64,000 nt of DNA from Candidatus Krumholzibacteriia bacterium (GCA_963770685.1 CAVYQN010000007.1:12170-76169), one strand, 5' to 3'; positions 30,397-40,693 are shown, counted from the first letter of the stretch. Notes: generated from the sequence alone by a model not told the origin. Numbers and translations are program-made.

Positions 30397-31341
30397 TTAA
30401 TTCAATCCGTCCCGGCGGGCAAGAAACTTCTCGATGTCTTCGAGGGTCCCGGCCGGAACCGCCTCCCTGTCCCTGTCGATGCGCTTCAGAAGGCCGGCAA
30501 GGACCTTTCCCGGGCCGGCCTCGATCACAGGCCCGTTCCACCGGGAAAGAAGAGTCTCCATCGAATCGGACCAGAGAACCGGGCTGGTCAGCTGGCGCGA
30601 CAGGGCGTCCACGATCTCCCCGCTGCTCCGAACGATCCCGGCGTCGGCGTTGCAGACGACGTCCACGGCCGCGTCCCCGAGGTCGAAGCTCCTTATGTAT
30701 TCGACCAGCTCGTTCTGGGCCGGAGCCACCAGGGGGGAATGAAAGGCCCCGCTGACGTTGAGACGTATGACCTTCTTCGCTCCCTTCGCGGCGGCCTTCT
30801 CCATCGCCTTCTCCACCGCCTCGATATGCCCCGATATCACTATCTGGCCCGGCGAGTTGATGTTCGCCACGACCGCCACTAGCCCCCCGGACGACGCCTC
30901 CGCGCATATCGCCTCGACGTCGCCGCGATCGAGGCCTATCACTGCCGCCATCGTCCCGGGCTGCTTCACTCCGGCCTCGAACATCAGTTCCCCGCGCCTT
31001 CGGACTATCCTCAGCGCGTCCATCGGATCCATCACGCCCGCGACCGCGAGCGCTGAATATTCCCCGAGGCTGTGCCCCGCCGCAATGGCGGGCTCGACTC
31101 CCGCCTCCTCCCTGAGAACCCTCGCGACGGCGACGCTGTGAAGAAGTATGGCCGGCTGCGCGTTGCGCGTCTCGGTGAGTATCGCCGGGTCTCCCTCGAA
31201 CGACAGGGTGGAGATGGCGAATCCCAGCACTTCATCGGCCTCGGCGTAGATATCCTTCACGGAGGGAAAACGAAGCCGGAGATCCCTCCCCATCCCGACA
31301 TACTGCGATCCCTGGCCGGGAAATATCATCGCAGCTTTCAT
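30397..31341 (-). CDS. fabD: Malonyl CoA-ACP transacylase
   Basis: Intact 314-aa ORF with FPGQGSQYVGMG, GHSLGEYSALV-like AAGHSLGEYSALAVAG and VSGAFHSPL. Confidence 0.93.
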   Translation of the reverse strand: MKAAMIFPGQGSQYVGMGRDLRLRFPSVKDIYAEADEVLGFAISTLSFEGDPAILTETRNAQPAILLHSVAVARVLREEAGVEPAIAAGHSLGEYSALAVAGVMDPMDALRIVRRRGELMFEAGVKQPGTMAAVIGLDRGDVEAICAEASSGGLVAVVANINSPGQIVISGHIEAVEKAMEKAAAKGAKKVIRLNVSGAFHSPLVAPAQNELVEYIRSFDLGDAAVDVVCNADAGIVRSSGEIVDALSRQLTSPVLWSDSMETLLSRWNGPVIEAGPGKVLAGLLKRIDRDREAVPAGTLEDIEKFLARRDGLN

Positions 31342-31408
31342 CAGACTCTTCTCCCTTGAATCGTGAATAGACGGGGGCGGCCCGGGAACCCTTCCCGGCC
31401 CGGCGCCG

Positions 31409-32410
31409 TCAGTTCCTGAAAAGTATCGATCCCCAGGTCAGCCCGCCGCCGAATGCGACCATTATCACGAGATCGCCTTTTTTCAGCGTGCCGTTCTCCT
31501 TGAGTTCGCCGAGGGCGATGGGAATGCTCGCGGAGGAGGTGTTGCCTATCCTGTCGATGTTGACCACGACCTGATCCTTCTCTAGATTGAGCCGTTTCCT
31601 CACTCCCTCGATGATCCTTATATTGGCCTGATGGGGAACCAGGTAATCTATGTCTTCCTTCGCCACGCCTGCTTCATCGAGGGTTCTCTCGGCGGCGTCG
31701 ACCATCGCCCTGACCGCGTACTTGAAGAGGCCGTCCCCCTTCATCTTCACATACTGCTGCCGCTCCATGAGAGTCTCGACCGTGAGCGGGGCCCTCGATC
31801 CTCCCCCGGGCCGGTATAGCAGATCGCCGAGCGAACCGTCGCTCTGCATGTACGTCCCGATTATCCCCTCGCCGTGGGGGCACGGCTCGAGCACGACGGC
31901 GCCGGCTCCGTCGCCGAAAAGCACGCATGTAGTCCTGTCCTCCCAGTCGATTATTCTCGAAAGCACCTCGACTCCGACCACGAGGGCCTTCTTCGTGTGC
32001 CCGGCGGCGATCATCGACTGGGCGGTCGCGAGACCGTATATGAATCCCGAACAGGCGGCGCTGATGTCGAAGGCGGCCGCTTTCGTCGAGCCGAGCTTGT
32101 CCTGGATGATGCATGCCGTCGAGGGGAGGGACATGTCCGGGGTCACGGTGGCCACTATGATCAGGTCGAGGTCCTTCGGATCGACCCCAGAGTCCTTGAG
32201 AGCCGCCTTCGCAGCGGCGAGGGCCAGGTCGCTCGAAGCCTCGTCGGGAGCGGCGATCCGCCGCTCGCTGATCCCGGATCTCGTCATGATCCATTCGTCG
32301 GTCGTATCGACCATCTTCTCGAGATCGAAGTTCGTCAATATCTTCTCGGGTATGTAATAGCCGATCCCCGAAATTCTCGCGCTCATTCGAGCGTCTTTTG
32401 GGCCGGTCAT
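31409..32410 (-). CDS. fabH: 3-oxoacyl-ACP synthase III
   Basis: Intact ORF with ISGIGYYIPEKILTNFDLEKMVDTTDEWI, the active site AACSGFIYGL, PHQANIRII and FGGGLTWGS. The start may instead be M9 (32386). Confidence 0.93.
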   Translation of the reverse strand: MTGPKDARMSARISGIGYYIPEKILTNFDLEKMVDTTDEWIMTRSGISERRIAAPDEASSDLALAAAKAALKDSGVDPKDLDLIIVATVTPDMSLPSTACIIQDKLGSTKAAAFDISAACSGFIYGLATAQSMIAAGHTKKALVVGVEVLSRIIDWEDRTTCVLFGDGAGAVVLEPCPHGEGIIGTYMQSDGSLGDLLYRPGGGSRAPLTVETLMERQQYVKMKGDGLFKYAVRAMVDAAERTLDEAGVAKEDIDYLVPHQANIRIIEGVRKRLNLEKDQVVVNIDRIGNTSSASIPIALGELKENGTLKKGDLVIMVAFGGGLTWGSILFRN

Positions 32411-33408
32411 TGCAATCCCTCCGTCCTGGATCGCAATTTGTCGTTGATGCCGCTCTGCACGAAGCGCTCCGCTGCGAATATGGCGTTCTTTATGGCCTTG
32501 GCGGAGGAGCCTCCGTGCCCGATGATCGTGACGCCGTCGACGCCGAGAAGGGGCATTCCCCCGTATTCGGCGTAGTCGAGCGTCTCCCTCATCTTCCGGA
32601 AAACGGGTTTCATCAGGACGGCGCCGAGCTTGGCGGAGAAACTCTCGTTGACGCCCTCCTTGATAAGGCTCGTTATGTAATAGATGATGCTTTCCGTGAA
32701 CTTCAGGACGACGTTCCCGACGAAACCGTCCGTGACGACAACGTCGACCGTTTCCCTGAATATATCCCTGCCCTCCACGTTGCCGACGAAGTTCATGCCG
32801 CTTTTCCCGAGAAGGAGGTGAGTCTCCCTCGTGAGCTCGTTCCCCTTGGAAGGCTCTTCGCCTATGCTGAGAAGGCCGATGCGGGGATTGTTGCGCTTGA
32901 GAAAATGCTCGGCGTAAACCGAGCCCATGAGGGCGAACTGCTCGAGATGCTTCGGGACGCAGTCGGAATTGGCTCCTCCGTCGAGCAGGACGGTCCCACC
33001 GTTGCGCGTCGGGAAATAGATCGCGATGGCGGGCCTGTCTATGCCGGGGATCCTGCCGAGGTAAAGAAGCGAGCTTGCGACGACGGCTCCCGTGTTGCCG
33101 GCGCTCACGACGGCCTGCACCTCGCCGTCGCGATGCATCCTCACGGCGACCGATATCGAAGATCCCTTTTTTCTGCGTATGGCCGTGGCCGGGCTCTCGG
33201 ACATCCCGATCACCTCGGGGGCGTCCGCTATCTCGAGATGGGCGGTGGGAAAACCCTTGGTTTGTATGTAATTCTCGATAACGGCCCTCTGGCCCACGAG
33301 AACGACGTGGAACCTTCCGGAAGCCTCGTTCACCGCTTCGACCGCACCGTCGATTATTTCCTCGGGCGCTTTATCGCCGCCCATGGCGTCCAGAGCTATC
33401 TTCATCAT
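32407..33408 (-). CDS. plsX: Phosphate acyltransferase PlsX
   Basis: Intact 333-aa ORF with MMKIALDAMGGDKAPEEII, VSAGNTGAVVA and VVTDGFVGNVVLK. Confidence 0.93.
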   Translation of the reverse strand: MMKIALDAMGGDKAPEEIIDGAVEAVNEASGRFHVVLVGQRAVIENYIQTKGFPTAHLEIADAPEVIGMSESPATAIRRKKGSSISVAVRMHRDGEVQAVVSAGNTGAVVASSLLYLGRIPGIDRPAIAIYFPTRNGGTVLLDGGANSDCVPKHLEQFALMGSVYAEHFLKRNNPRIGLLSIGEEPSKGNELTRETHLLLGKSGMNFVGNVEGRDIFRETVDVVVTDGFVGNVVLKFTESIIYYITSLIKEGVNESFSAKLGAVLMKPVFRKMRETLDYAEYGGMPLLGVDGVTIIGHGGSSAKAIKNAIFAAERFVQSGINDKLRSRTEGLQ

Positions 33409-33489
33409 GCCCCCGGCAGGGATCTGGATCCTGTCCCGCCATCCCTATCGGCCACTTCTTCCTTGCCCCGTTCGTATCGGCGAAGAATT

Positions 33490-33681
33490 CTACTTTTCTT
33501 CCTCGACCCGGGGGGTAATCACTTCGCGTCCGCCATAGTAGCCGCAATTAGGGCATACAATGTGGGGCTGCTTAGGCTGATGACAATGGGAACATACCGA
33601 CATGGCCGGATTGGTGGCCTTCCAGTGCGTTCTGCGTTTGTTCTTTTTGGATTTCGAAGTCCTGTGTTTTGGATTTGCCAT
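33490..33681 (-). CDS. rpmF: 50S ribosomal protein L32
   Basis: MANPKHRTSKSKKNKRRTHWK...CSHCHQPKQPHIVCPNCGYYGG, a zinc-ribbon-type L32. The position between yceD and plsX is conserved. Confidence 0.9.
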   Translation of the reverse strand: MANPKHRTSKSKKNKRRTHWKATNPAMSVCSHCHQPKQPHIVCPNCGYYGGREVITPRVEEEK

Positions 33682-33683
33682 CT

Positions 33684-34250
33684 TCACTCCTCCCGCTCGC
33701 GGGATTCTTCACTTCCTGCTTGCCGCGCGCCGTTGACATCCTTGAGAGCCGCCCACCTGGGATCGCTCTCCTTCTTCGCGCACCTGCATTCTTTCACGTT
33801 CAGGTTCTCTCTGCAGCCCGGGCAGATTCCGCGGCAGTCTTCACTGCAGAGATAACATATCGGCTGGTCGAGAAGTACCGCCTCCCTGACGCGGGGAAAC
33901 AGGTCGAAACAGTATTCCTCGCCCGATCCGAGGAAGATGAAATCGTCCTCCTCGGCACCATCGGGGATTTGAACCTTCTCGCCGCCCTGAAATACGATAT
34001 CGAACCCGGTGTCGATACGGCATTCGAAGGTTTCCAGGCATCTGCCGCACCCCGTCTTGAAAACAGAGACGACCCTCGCCTCGAGCAGATACCTGGCGCC
34101 GGTCCTGGTTATATCCACATCCACCCTGACCCGGCATGGAGCCGGCTCCCCGCCGACCGGCTCGATCTCGAAATTTTCATCGAAGGAAAAGGAGGAGCGT
34201 TCGCCCACGTGGCCGAGGTCCAATTCCATCTTTGGAAAATCCTTCTCCAT
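33684..34250 (-). CDS. yceD: YceD/DUF177 family protein (23S rRNA accumulation protein)
   Basis: Intact 188-aa ORF with the Cys motifs CGRCLETFE...CSEDCRGICPGCRENLN and the classic position upstream of rpmF. Confidence 0.8.
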   Translation of the reverse strand: MEKDFPKMELDLGHVGERSSFSFDENFEIEPVGGEPAPCRVRVDVDITRTGARYLLEARVVSVFKTGCGRCLETFECRIDTGFDIVFQGGEKVQIPDGAEEDDFIFLGSGEEYCFDLFPRVREAVLLDQPICYLCSEDCRGICPGCRENLNVKECRCAKKESDPRWAALKDVNGARQAGSEESREREE

Positions 34251-34262
34251 AAAGCGTTTATA

Positions 34263-34682
34263 TTAATCTCCGGCGAAGACGATAGCAAGCTCTTTTTCCG
34301 CCGATTCCGGCGAATCGGAGGCATGAACGGCATTCGTCTGAAGGCTCGAACCGTACATGTAACGTATCGTTCCCGGCCTCGCCCCCGCCGGGTCGGTCGC
34401 CCCGACCAGTTCCCTCAGCAGCTTTACGGCGTTCTCCTTCTCGAGTTCGATGCCCACGACATCCCCGGAGGTTATATATCTCACCAGGTCCGGAAAGAAC
34501 GGTTTTTCCCTGTGGACCCCGTAAAACTCCCCGGCCCTCTCCCGATCGAACCTGAACTGCTTCATCCCTTTGACAGTGAAGCGGTTCCTGATAAGCAGGT
34601 CGATTATCTCGCCCTGCTTCCCGGCCTCGACCATCTCTGGTTTTATCATAAGAAAGGTCTTTTCCACAAATTCCTCCCGCAT
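34263..34682 (-). CDS. ndk: Nucleoside diphosphate kinase
   Basis: ORF 34263..34733, with the start at M18 (MREEFVEKTFLMIKPEMV). The active-site region NAVHASDSPESAEKE is present. Confidence 0.9.
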   Translation of the reverse strand: MREEFVEKTFLMIKPEMVEAGKQGEIIDLLIRNRFTVKGMKQFRFDRERAGEFYGVHREKPFFPDLVRYITSGDVVGIELEKENAVKLLRELVGATDPAGARPGTIRYMYGSSLQTNAVHASDSPESAEKELAIVFAGD

Positions 34683-34748
34683 ATCAATTAAGAGCAACCC
34701 GGACCCGCGGCTCCGCCGCGGACCCCGGGACACCGCTTCCCGGCGCCC

Positions 34749-35618
34749 TTACAAAAGGCCCGAGACGATGCCCGCCATCTCGCCGGGCGTGGCCGCGACC
34801 GGGACCCCGGCTTCCTCGAACGCCTTTACCTTGTCGGCGGCGGTTCCGGTGCCGCCGGTGACTATCGCCCCGGCATGCCCCATCCTCTTTCCCGGAGGGG
34901 CCGTCCGCCCGGCTATGAAGGCCGCCACCTTCTTCGGGTAGCCGTTCCTTACCATCAGCGCCGCCTGCTCCTCGTCATTTCCCCCGATCTCGCCGATCAG
35001 GACCACCGCTTCGGTCTCGTCGTCGGCGGCGAAGAGCTCCATCGCCTCGAGAAGGTTCGTTCCAACGATCGGATCCCCGCCGATCCCGAGGCATGTCGAC
35101 TGGCCGATCCCGTTCCTGGTCAGATTGTAGACGATCTCATACGTCAGGGTGCCGCTTCGCGAGATGACGCCGACGCCGCCTTCCTTGTGAATGTTACCGG
35201 GCATGATCCCGACCTTCGTTTTCCCCGGCGATATCACACCGGGGCTGTTCGGCCCGATGACCCGCGTCCCCCGCTCGCGCGCGTAGGGAAGCACGCTCAC
35301 CATATCCCTCACGGGGATCCCCTCGGCTATGCAGACCACGAGGACCACTCCCGCGTCCGACGCCTCGTATATAGCGTCGGCGGCGAATGCCGCCGGAACG
35401 TATATCACGCTCGTGTTGGCCCCTGTTTCGCGGACGGCGTCCTCCATCGAATCGAAAACGGGCACCCCGTCCTCGGTCTTCGTCCCTCCCTTGCCGGGGG
35501 TCACTCCGCCGACGACCTTCGTGCCGTAAGCGGCCATCTGTTTCGCGTGGAAACCGCCGTCCCGTCCGGTGATCCCCTGGACGATCAGCCTGGTCCCATT
35601 ATCCACTAGAATACTCAA
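34749..35618 (-). CDS. sucD: Succinate--CoA ligase subunit alpha
   Basis: Intact 289-aa ORF with [26 protein letters not shown] and [14 protein letters not shown]. Confidence 0.95.
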   Translation of the reverse strand: MSILVDNGTRLIVQGITGRDGGFHAKQMAAYGTKVVGGVTPGKGGTKTEDGVPVFDSMEDAVRETGANTSVIYVPAAFAADAIYEASDAGVVLVVCIAEGIPVRDMVSVLPYARERGTRVIGPNSPGVISPGKTKVGIMPGNIHKEGGVGVISRSGTLTYEIVYNLTRNGIGQSTCLGIGGDPIVGTNLLEAMELFAADDETEAVVLIGEIGGNDEEQAALMVRNGYPKKVAAFIAGRTAPPGKRMGHAGAIVTGGTGTAADKVKAFEEAGVPVAATPGEMAGIVSGLL

Positions 35619-35639
35619 ATCAGACTTCCTTTCCGGCGA

Positions 35640-36774
35640 TCAGCCGTTCGCTATGGCAATGGCCTTTTTTACCCCTTCGTCCATCGTGGCGGCCGGGACG
35701 AGCTCCGTTCCCTCGAGAAGCTTCCTCGCCTGCTCCTCGTTCGTGCCGATCAGCCTGACGACGAGGGGTATGTCGAGATCGAGATCCTTTTTGGCCTGGA
35801 GCAGACCGTTGGCGACGTCGTCGCACCTCGTGATCCCGCCGAATATGTTTATGAGGATCGCCTTCACGTTTTTATCGCGCACGATGATCTTCATCGCGGA
35901 AAGCACCTTGCCCGGGTTGGAGCTTCCCCCGATATCGAGGAAGTTCGCCGGGCGCGCGCCGTAATGCTTGATCATGTCCATCGTCGCCATCGCGAGGCCG
36001 GCCCCGTTTACTATGCACCCGATGTTTCCGTCGAGCTTGACGAAGGAAAGATCCGCTTCCCTCGCCTCCACCTCGCCTGGATCCTCGCCCGAGTCGTCCC
36101 TCAATCCCTCCATGTCGCCGTGCCTGTAGAGGCCGTTATCGTCGATATTGATCTTGGCGTCGATGGCCCAGACCTTTCCGTCGGGGCTGACGACCAGGGG
36201 ATTGATCTCCGCGAGCGAGGCGTCGACCTCCATGAATGCCTTGTAGAGAGACCTGAAAACCGGCCCCAGTTGCTTGGCGACTTCCTTCTCGCCGGTCAGG
36301 AAAGCGGCCATCTTCCTCACCTGGAAGGGAAGAAGCCCGGTGGACGGGTCGACGACGACCTTCATTATCTTCTCCGGGGTCGATCTGGCCACTTCCTCGA
36401 TGTCGATGCCGCCCGCGGGCGATATCATCATGAGCGGTTTCCTCGAGACCCTGTCGAAGAGCATCCCGACATAAAATTCGCTCGAGATGTCGACAGCCTT
36501 CGCCACGAGGACCTTCTCCACCGTCAGCCCCTTTATGTCCATTCCCAGGATCGCCTTCGCCTTCTCCGCCGCCTCGGCCGGATTCTTGGCGAGCTTCACG
36601 CCGCCCGCCTTCCCCCTGCCGCCGACGAGAACCTGGGCCTTCACGACGACGGGGCATCCGAGCTCCTCCGCAGCGCCCTTCGCCTCCGCCGGCCTTCGTT
36701 ACAAGGCGGCTCGGCGGTACGGGAAGCCCGTACTTCGCGAATATCACCCTCGCGTCTGCCTCATGAATCTTCAA
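35640..36774 (-). CDS. sucC: Succinate--CoA ligase subunit beta, frameshifted in this assembly
   Basis: ORF 36136..36774 starts MKIHEADARVIFAKYGLPVPPSRLVTKA. The ORF 35640..36644 frame continues AEAKGAAEELGCPVVVKAQVLVGGRGKAGGVKLAKN... through GNIGCIVNGAGLAMATMD and FGGITRCD. The +1 junction is at about 36690 (coding AAG GCC G GCG GAG). 1135 nt minus 1 gives 378 codons. Confidence 0.92.
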
Positions 36775-36838
36775 TTACAACCTCCGCCAATTAATTATGC
36801 CACAGCCTGTTATGCCTTTTATTTAGAGCATTTTATAA

Positions 36839-38155
36839 TTACTTCAGAAAAGGCTTGAGCACGTCTTTCAGGTCGGGATGACCGATCTCATCGAGATCGT
36901 ATGTCACCCTCACCGTCGGCTGCTTTATGTCTATGATCCTGCAGAGATCTATCGGCGTACCGATGATCACCGTATCGCATTTCACCTTCGCTATGGTCCT
37001 CTCGAGATCCTTTATCTGCTGGGCGCCATACCCCATCGCCGGCAGCAGGGTCCCGATGTCGGGGTACTTCTCGAAGGTCCCGGCGAGCTTGCCTGTCGCC
37101 CAGGGCCTCGGATCGACGAGCTCGGAGGCGCCGAATTTCATCGCGGCCATGATCCCCGCGCCGTAAAGCATCCCTCCGTGAGTCAGCGTCGGCCCGTCCT
37201 CGACGCAGAGCACCCTGCGGCCCCTGATCAGCTCCGGCTTGTCCACCGAGAGGGGGGAGGCCGCGTCTATCACGATCGCCTTCGGATTGAAAGCCGCGAT
37301 GTTCTCGCGGACCATTTCGATACCCTCGAGATCGGCGGTATCTATCTTGTTGATGACGATCACGTCTGCCATCAGAAGGTTCGCGAAGCCGGGGTAATAC
37401 TCCAGCTCGTGCCCCGGCCTGTGCGGATCGACCACCACTATGCTGAGATCGGGCTTGTAAAACGGCATGTCGTTGTTCCCGCCGTCCCAGAGGATGACGT
37501 CGGCCTCTTTCTCCGCTTCGCGAAGAATCGCCTCGTAATCGACGCCTGCGTAAATTACGACGCCGTTGACGATGTGCGGCTCGTATTCCTCCATCTCCTC
37601 GATCGTGCACTTGTGCTTTTTCAGGTCGCCAAGCGAGCCGAAACGCTGAACCTTCTGTTTCGCCAGGTCCCCGTACGGCATCGGGTGGCGTATCGCGGCG
37701 ACCTTCTTGCCGGCGTCGAGGAGGATCCTCGCGACGGCGCGCGTCGTCTGGCTCTTGCCGCACCCCGTTCTGATCGCGCAGACGGAGATCACCGGCTTCG
37801 TACTCTCGACCATCGTCGGGGCGGCGCCCGCCATCGTGAAGTGCGCTCCCAGGGAATTGACCATCTGCGCCTTCTGCATCACGTACTGGCTCGACACGTC
37901 GCTGTAGGCGAAGATGACCTCTTCGACCTTTTTGCTTTTAATGAGCGAGGCCAGCTTCTCCTCCGGATAAATCGGAATCCCCTTCGGATAGAGGCCCCCC
38001 GCGAGAGCCGCGGGGTATTTCCGGTCGGCGATGTCCGGTATCTGTGTCGCCGTGAAGGCCACGACCTCGACGGATTTATCGTTCCTGAACAGGGTGTTGA
38101 AGTTGTGGAAATCCCTGCCCGCGGCGCCCATGATCAATATCTTCCTTCTACTCAT
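36839..38155 (-). CDS. COG2403-type predicted GTPase (cyclic 2,3-diphosphoglycerate synthetase-like family)
   Basis: Intact 438-aa ORF with MSRRKILIMGAAGRDFHNFN, a P-loop-like CAIRTGCGKSQTT, ILWDGGNNDMPF and VINKIDTAD. The family assignment rests on remembered family features, not on a search. Confidence 0.6.
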   Translation of the reverse strand: MSRRKILIMGAAGRDFHNFNTLFRNDKSVEVVAFTATQIPDIADRKYPAALAGGLYPKGIPIYPEEKLASLIKSKKVEEVIFAYSDVSSQYVMQKAQMVNSLGAHFTMAGAAPTMVESTKPVISVCAIRTGCGKSQTTRAVARILLDAGKKVAAIRHPMPYGDLAKQKVQRFGSLGDLKKHKCTIEEMEEYEPHIVNGVVIYAGVDYEAILREAEKEADVILWDGGNNDMPFYKPDLSIVVVDPHRPGHELEYYPGFANLLMADVIVINKIDTADLEGIEMVRENIAAFNPKAIVIDAASPLSVDKPELIRGRRVLCVEDGPTLTHGGMLYGAGIMAAMKFGASELVDPRPWATGKLAGTFEKYPDIGTLLPAMGYGAQQIKDLERTIAKVKCDTVIIGTPIDLCRIIDIKQPTVRVTYDLDEIGHPDLKDVLKPFLK

Positions 38156-38245
38156 AAAAAAAACGACCTCCGGTAAATTCTCAAATAACCCTCATAATGC
38201 CATCTCGTTCAATTTATCGAAACAACTTCCGGGGCTTCAATTTCT

Positions 38246-38716
38246 CTAAGGATCCCCCCTCATTCTCTTTATCAGAGCGCTTGTTGAAAAACCCCCCACC
38301 ATCCTCACCCTTACGACCCTTCCACCGCTGCTCTCCACGAAATCGGCGCCGACGATATCCTCCGCCGCATATTCATCGCCCTTGACGAGAACATCGGGGA
38401 CAAGCTCCCCGATCGTCTCGAGGGGAGTATCCTCGCCGAAGAAGGTCACATGGTCGACGCACCTCAGTTCCAGCAGAATGAACGCCCTGTCCTTTTGCGG
38501 GACCAGGGGCCTCGGGGCGCCCTTGAGCCTTCGCACCGAGTCGTCCGTATTGACTCCGACCACGAGGCAATCGCCCAGTGAGCGGGCCTGCTTCAAAAGG
38601 GCTACATGCCCCCTGTGAAGTATGTCGAAGCAGCCGTTCGTGAATACGATCCTTTTATCAGGATTCCGTTTCCTGAATGCCGAGAGGTCCTTCCTGTCAA
38701 GTATGCCGACGCTCAT
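38246..38716 (-). CDS. hldC: D-glycero-beta-D-manno-heptose 1-phosphate adenylyltransferase (RfaE domain II type)
   Basis: ORF 38246..38743 (TTG), with the probable ATG at 38716 (MSVGILDRKDL). It has the cytidylyltransferase motif IVFTNGCFDILHRGHV and VGVNTDDSVRRLKG. Confidence 0.85.
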   Translation of the reverse strand: MSVGILDRKDLSAFRKRNPDKRIVFTNGCFDILHRGHVALLKQARSLGDCLVVGVNTDDSVRRLKGAPRPLVPQKDRAFILLELRCVDHVTFFGEDTPLETIGELVPDVLVKGDEYAAEDIVGADFVESSGGRVVRVRMVGGFSTSALIKRMRGDP

Positions 38717-38746
38717 TCTTCTGCGGCTCCCGGAACCGCGCAATCT

Positions 38747-39727
38747 CTATCCCGCGAACGAACCGGCAAGCTCATCCACGCTGACCGTGGCCGTGCCGAG
38801 TTCCCTTACCACGATTCCGGCGGCGGAATTGGCAAGCTCGATCGAGTCGTATATCGAAGCCCCGGCCGCGATGGCCGCGGCGAAAACGCTTATCACCGTG
38901 TCCCCCGCCCCCGTCACGTCGTAAACCTCGCTCGCCCTCGTTGGGAAATGCCTCGGCGCCTTTCCCTCCTCGAAGAGGGTCATTCCCTCCTCGCCGCGCG
39001 TTATGAGCACGGCGTGCGCCTCAAGGTCTTCGAGGAGCGACCTGCCGACCGTGTCGAGCTCTCCCGGGGTGCGTATCTTCATGTTGTAAAAGCCTCCCGC
39101 CTCCTTGAGGTTCGGCGTCAGCGCGAAGGCTCCCCTGTAAAGCTCGAAGCGCCCCTCCTTGGGATCGATTATGACGGGCACGTTCCTCGCGGCGCAGGCC
39201 CGCCTCACCGTATCCATCAGGGGCATCGCCACGACCCCCTTGCCGTAATCGGATATCACCACGGCCCCCGACCCGGCGATCCCCTCGAGCGCCGCGGCCT
39301 TCAGCCTGGAAAGGGTCCTGCCGGAAACCGCGCCCCCCGATTCGAAATCGGCCCTCACGACCTGCTGGTTGTGCGCCACGATCCTTATCTTCTCGGTGGT
39401 CACCCTCGACGAATCCGTCACGAGGTGCCCCGTCGAGATCCCCTTTTCCCGGAGAAGCGAGCGCAACTGCGATGCCTGGCCGTCCCTGCCGACGATCCCC
39501 GCGAGATCGGGGCGGCATCCCAGGGATATGAGGTTCCACGCTACGTTAGCCGCCCCACCGGGGCGCACATCGGTCCTCTCCACGTTGACGACCGGGACCG
39601 GAGCCTCGGGACTGATCCTCTCGACCTGACCCCAGAAATATCTGTCGAGCATCAGGTCGCCGATGACGGTGACCGACGACCCGCCTATCGCCCTGCATAT
39701 GCCGGCGGCTTTCTTCTTGTTCATCAT
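38747..39727 (-). CDS. hldA: D-glycero-beta-D-manno-heptose-7-phosphate kinase (RfaE domain I type)
   Basis: ORF 38747..39898, with the probable start MM at 39727. It is a PfkB-family kinase with VTVIGDLMLDRYFWGQVERISPEAPVPVV and DVTGAGDTVISVFAAA. It ends with TAG at 38749-38747, in the same frame as hldC. Confidence 0.85.
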   Translation of the reverse strand: MMNKKKAAGICRAIGGSSVTVIGDLMLDRYFWGQVERISPEAPVPVVNVERTDVRPGGAANVAWNLISLGCRPDLAGIVGRDGQASQLRSLLREKGISTGHLVTDSSRVTTEKIRIVAHNQQVVRADFESGGAVSGRTLSRLKAAALEGIAGSGAVVISDYGKGVVAMPLMDTVRRACAARNVPVIIDPKEGRFELYRGAFALTPNLKEAGGFYNMKIRTPGELDTVGRSLLEDLEAHAVLITRGEEGMTLFEEGKAPRHFPTRASEVYDVTGAGDTVISVFAAAIAAGASIYDSIELANSAAGIVVRELGTATVSVDELAGSFAG

Positions 39728-40086
39728 TCTCCGGACAGAGTTTAACCGGATACGTATCAACAGGTTCGCTCCTGCCGGCATCCGGGTGGGCTGCACCCAC
39801 GGGAATATATCCCAACGGGCACCGGCAATCAAGTGCAAATCAGGGGGAGGCGCGAAGCCCTCTCCTGCCCGCCCGGCACCCTCATGTCGCTCATCCACGC
39901 CCCCCGGGCCTGCAATCCCCGGCGGGCGCCCGGAAGATCATGCCCGCAACGCGTCCTATATGGTAGTCCAACCCGCTTCCGCGCTCAAGATTTATCGGGC
40001 CACTTATGTATGGATTTTTCGGCCGGTTTCGTTTAATCTTTTACCGATGGGCTTACAGTAACAGTTATCAGAAAGGACCAATCGAG

Positions 40087-40557
40087 ATGTTCGAGTATGA
40101 CTGCCTCGACTTCGACAATGTGGACGATGTTTTCGACTTCGCCATCGAGAAGGAAAAAGAGGCCTACGATTTCTACAGGAAATGGGCGAAGAAGATCGAG
40201 AAACCCGCGATGAGGGAAGTGTTCGAGGAATTCGCCGAGCAGGAAGCCGGCCATATAAAACTATTCCACGATCTCAAATCGGGGCACACCAAGGAAAAAC
40301 CGGACAGGAAGGTGGTTGACCTGCACCTTGCCGACTACCTCGTCGAAGTGATCCCGTCTCCGGACATGGACTACAGGGAAGCCGTGCGCGTCGCGATCCA
40401 GCGCGAGAAGGCGGCGGTCCAGCTCTACTCGGAGTTCTCGAAAGCGACCAGCTCGCCGAGGATTGCCGCGACGCTCGAGATCATCCTTCAGGAGGAGTTG
40501 AAGCACAAGAACAGGCTCGAAACGCTGTTCGACGACGCGTTCAACCGTGAAAACTGA
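40087..40557 (+). CDS. Rubrerythrin/ferritin-like diiron-domain protein (no rubredoxin domain)
   Basis: ORF 40006..40557, with the start at M28 after GAAAGGA. Two ExxH-type helices are present (FAEQEAGHIKLF and LQEELKHKNRLE). Confidence 0.7.
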   Translation: MFEYDCLDFDNVDDVFDFAIEKEKEAYDFYRKWAKKIEKPAMREVFEEFAEQEAGHIKLFHDLKSGHTKEKPDRKVVDLHLADYLVEVIPSPDMDYREAVRVAIQREKAAVQLYSEFSKATSSPRIAATLEIILQEELKHKNRLETLFDDAFNREN

Positions 40558-40590
40558 AGGCCGTCCTTTTGAAACGGGAATAAACCACGA

Positions 40591-40624
40591 GACGGCGCCG
40601 GGGCCCCCGGCGCCGTCTTCATTT
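40591..40624 (+). terminator. Rho-independent terminator candidate (possibly bidirectional) between convergent genes
   Basis: A near-perfect GC inverted repeat, GACGGCGCCGGGG/CCCCGGCGCCGTC (40591-40617), is followed by TTCATTT. It lies 34 nt after the stop at 40557. Confidence 0.6.
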
Positions 40625-40693
40625 GACGGCGGCATCGCCCCGGCCGTCACGGCCCGGCCCGCCGCGACCATTCGATCCCGAAGAGCGGAACGA

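Noticed and set aside
39728-40086. 360-bp intergenic region between hldA and the rubrerythrin-like gene, considered as a possible ncRNA locus.
   Set aside because: I saw no recognisable RNA family motif, strong hairpin or conserved box. It is most simply a divergent promoter region. A covariance-model scan would be needed to say more.
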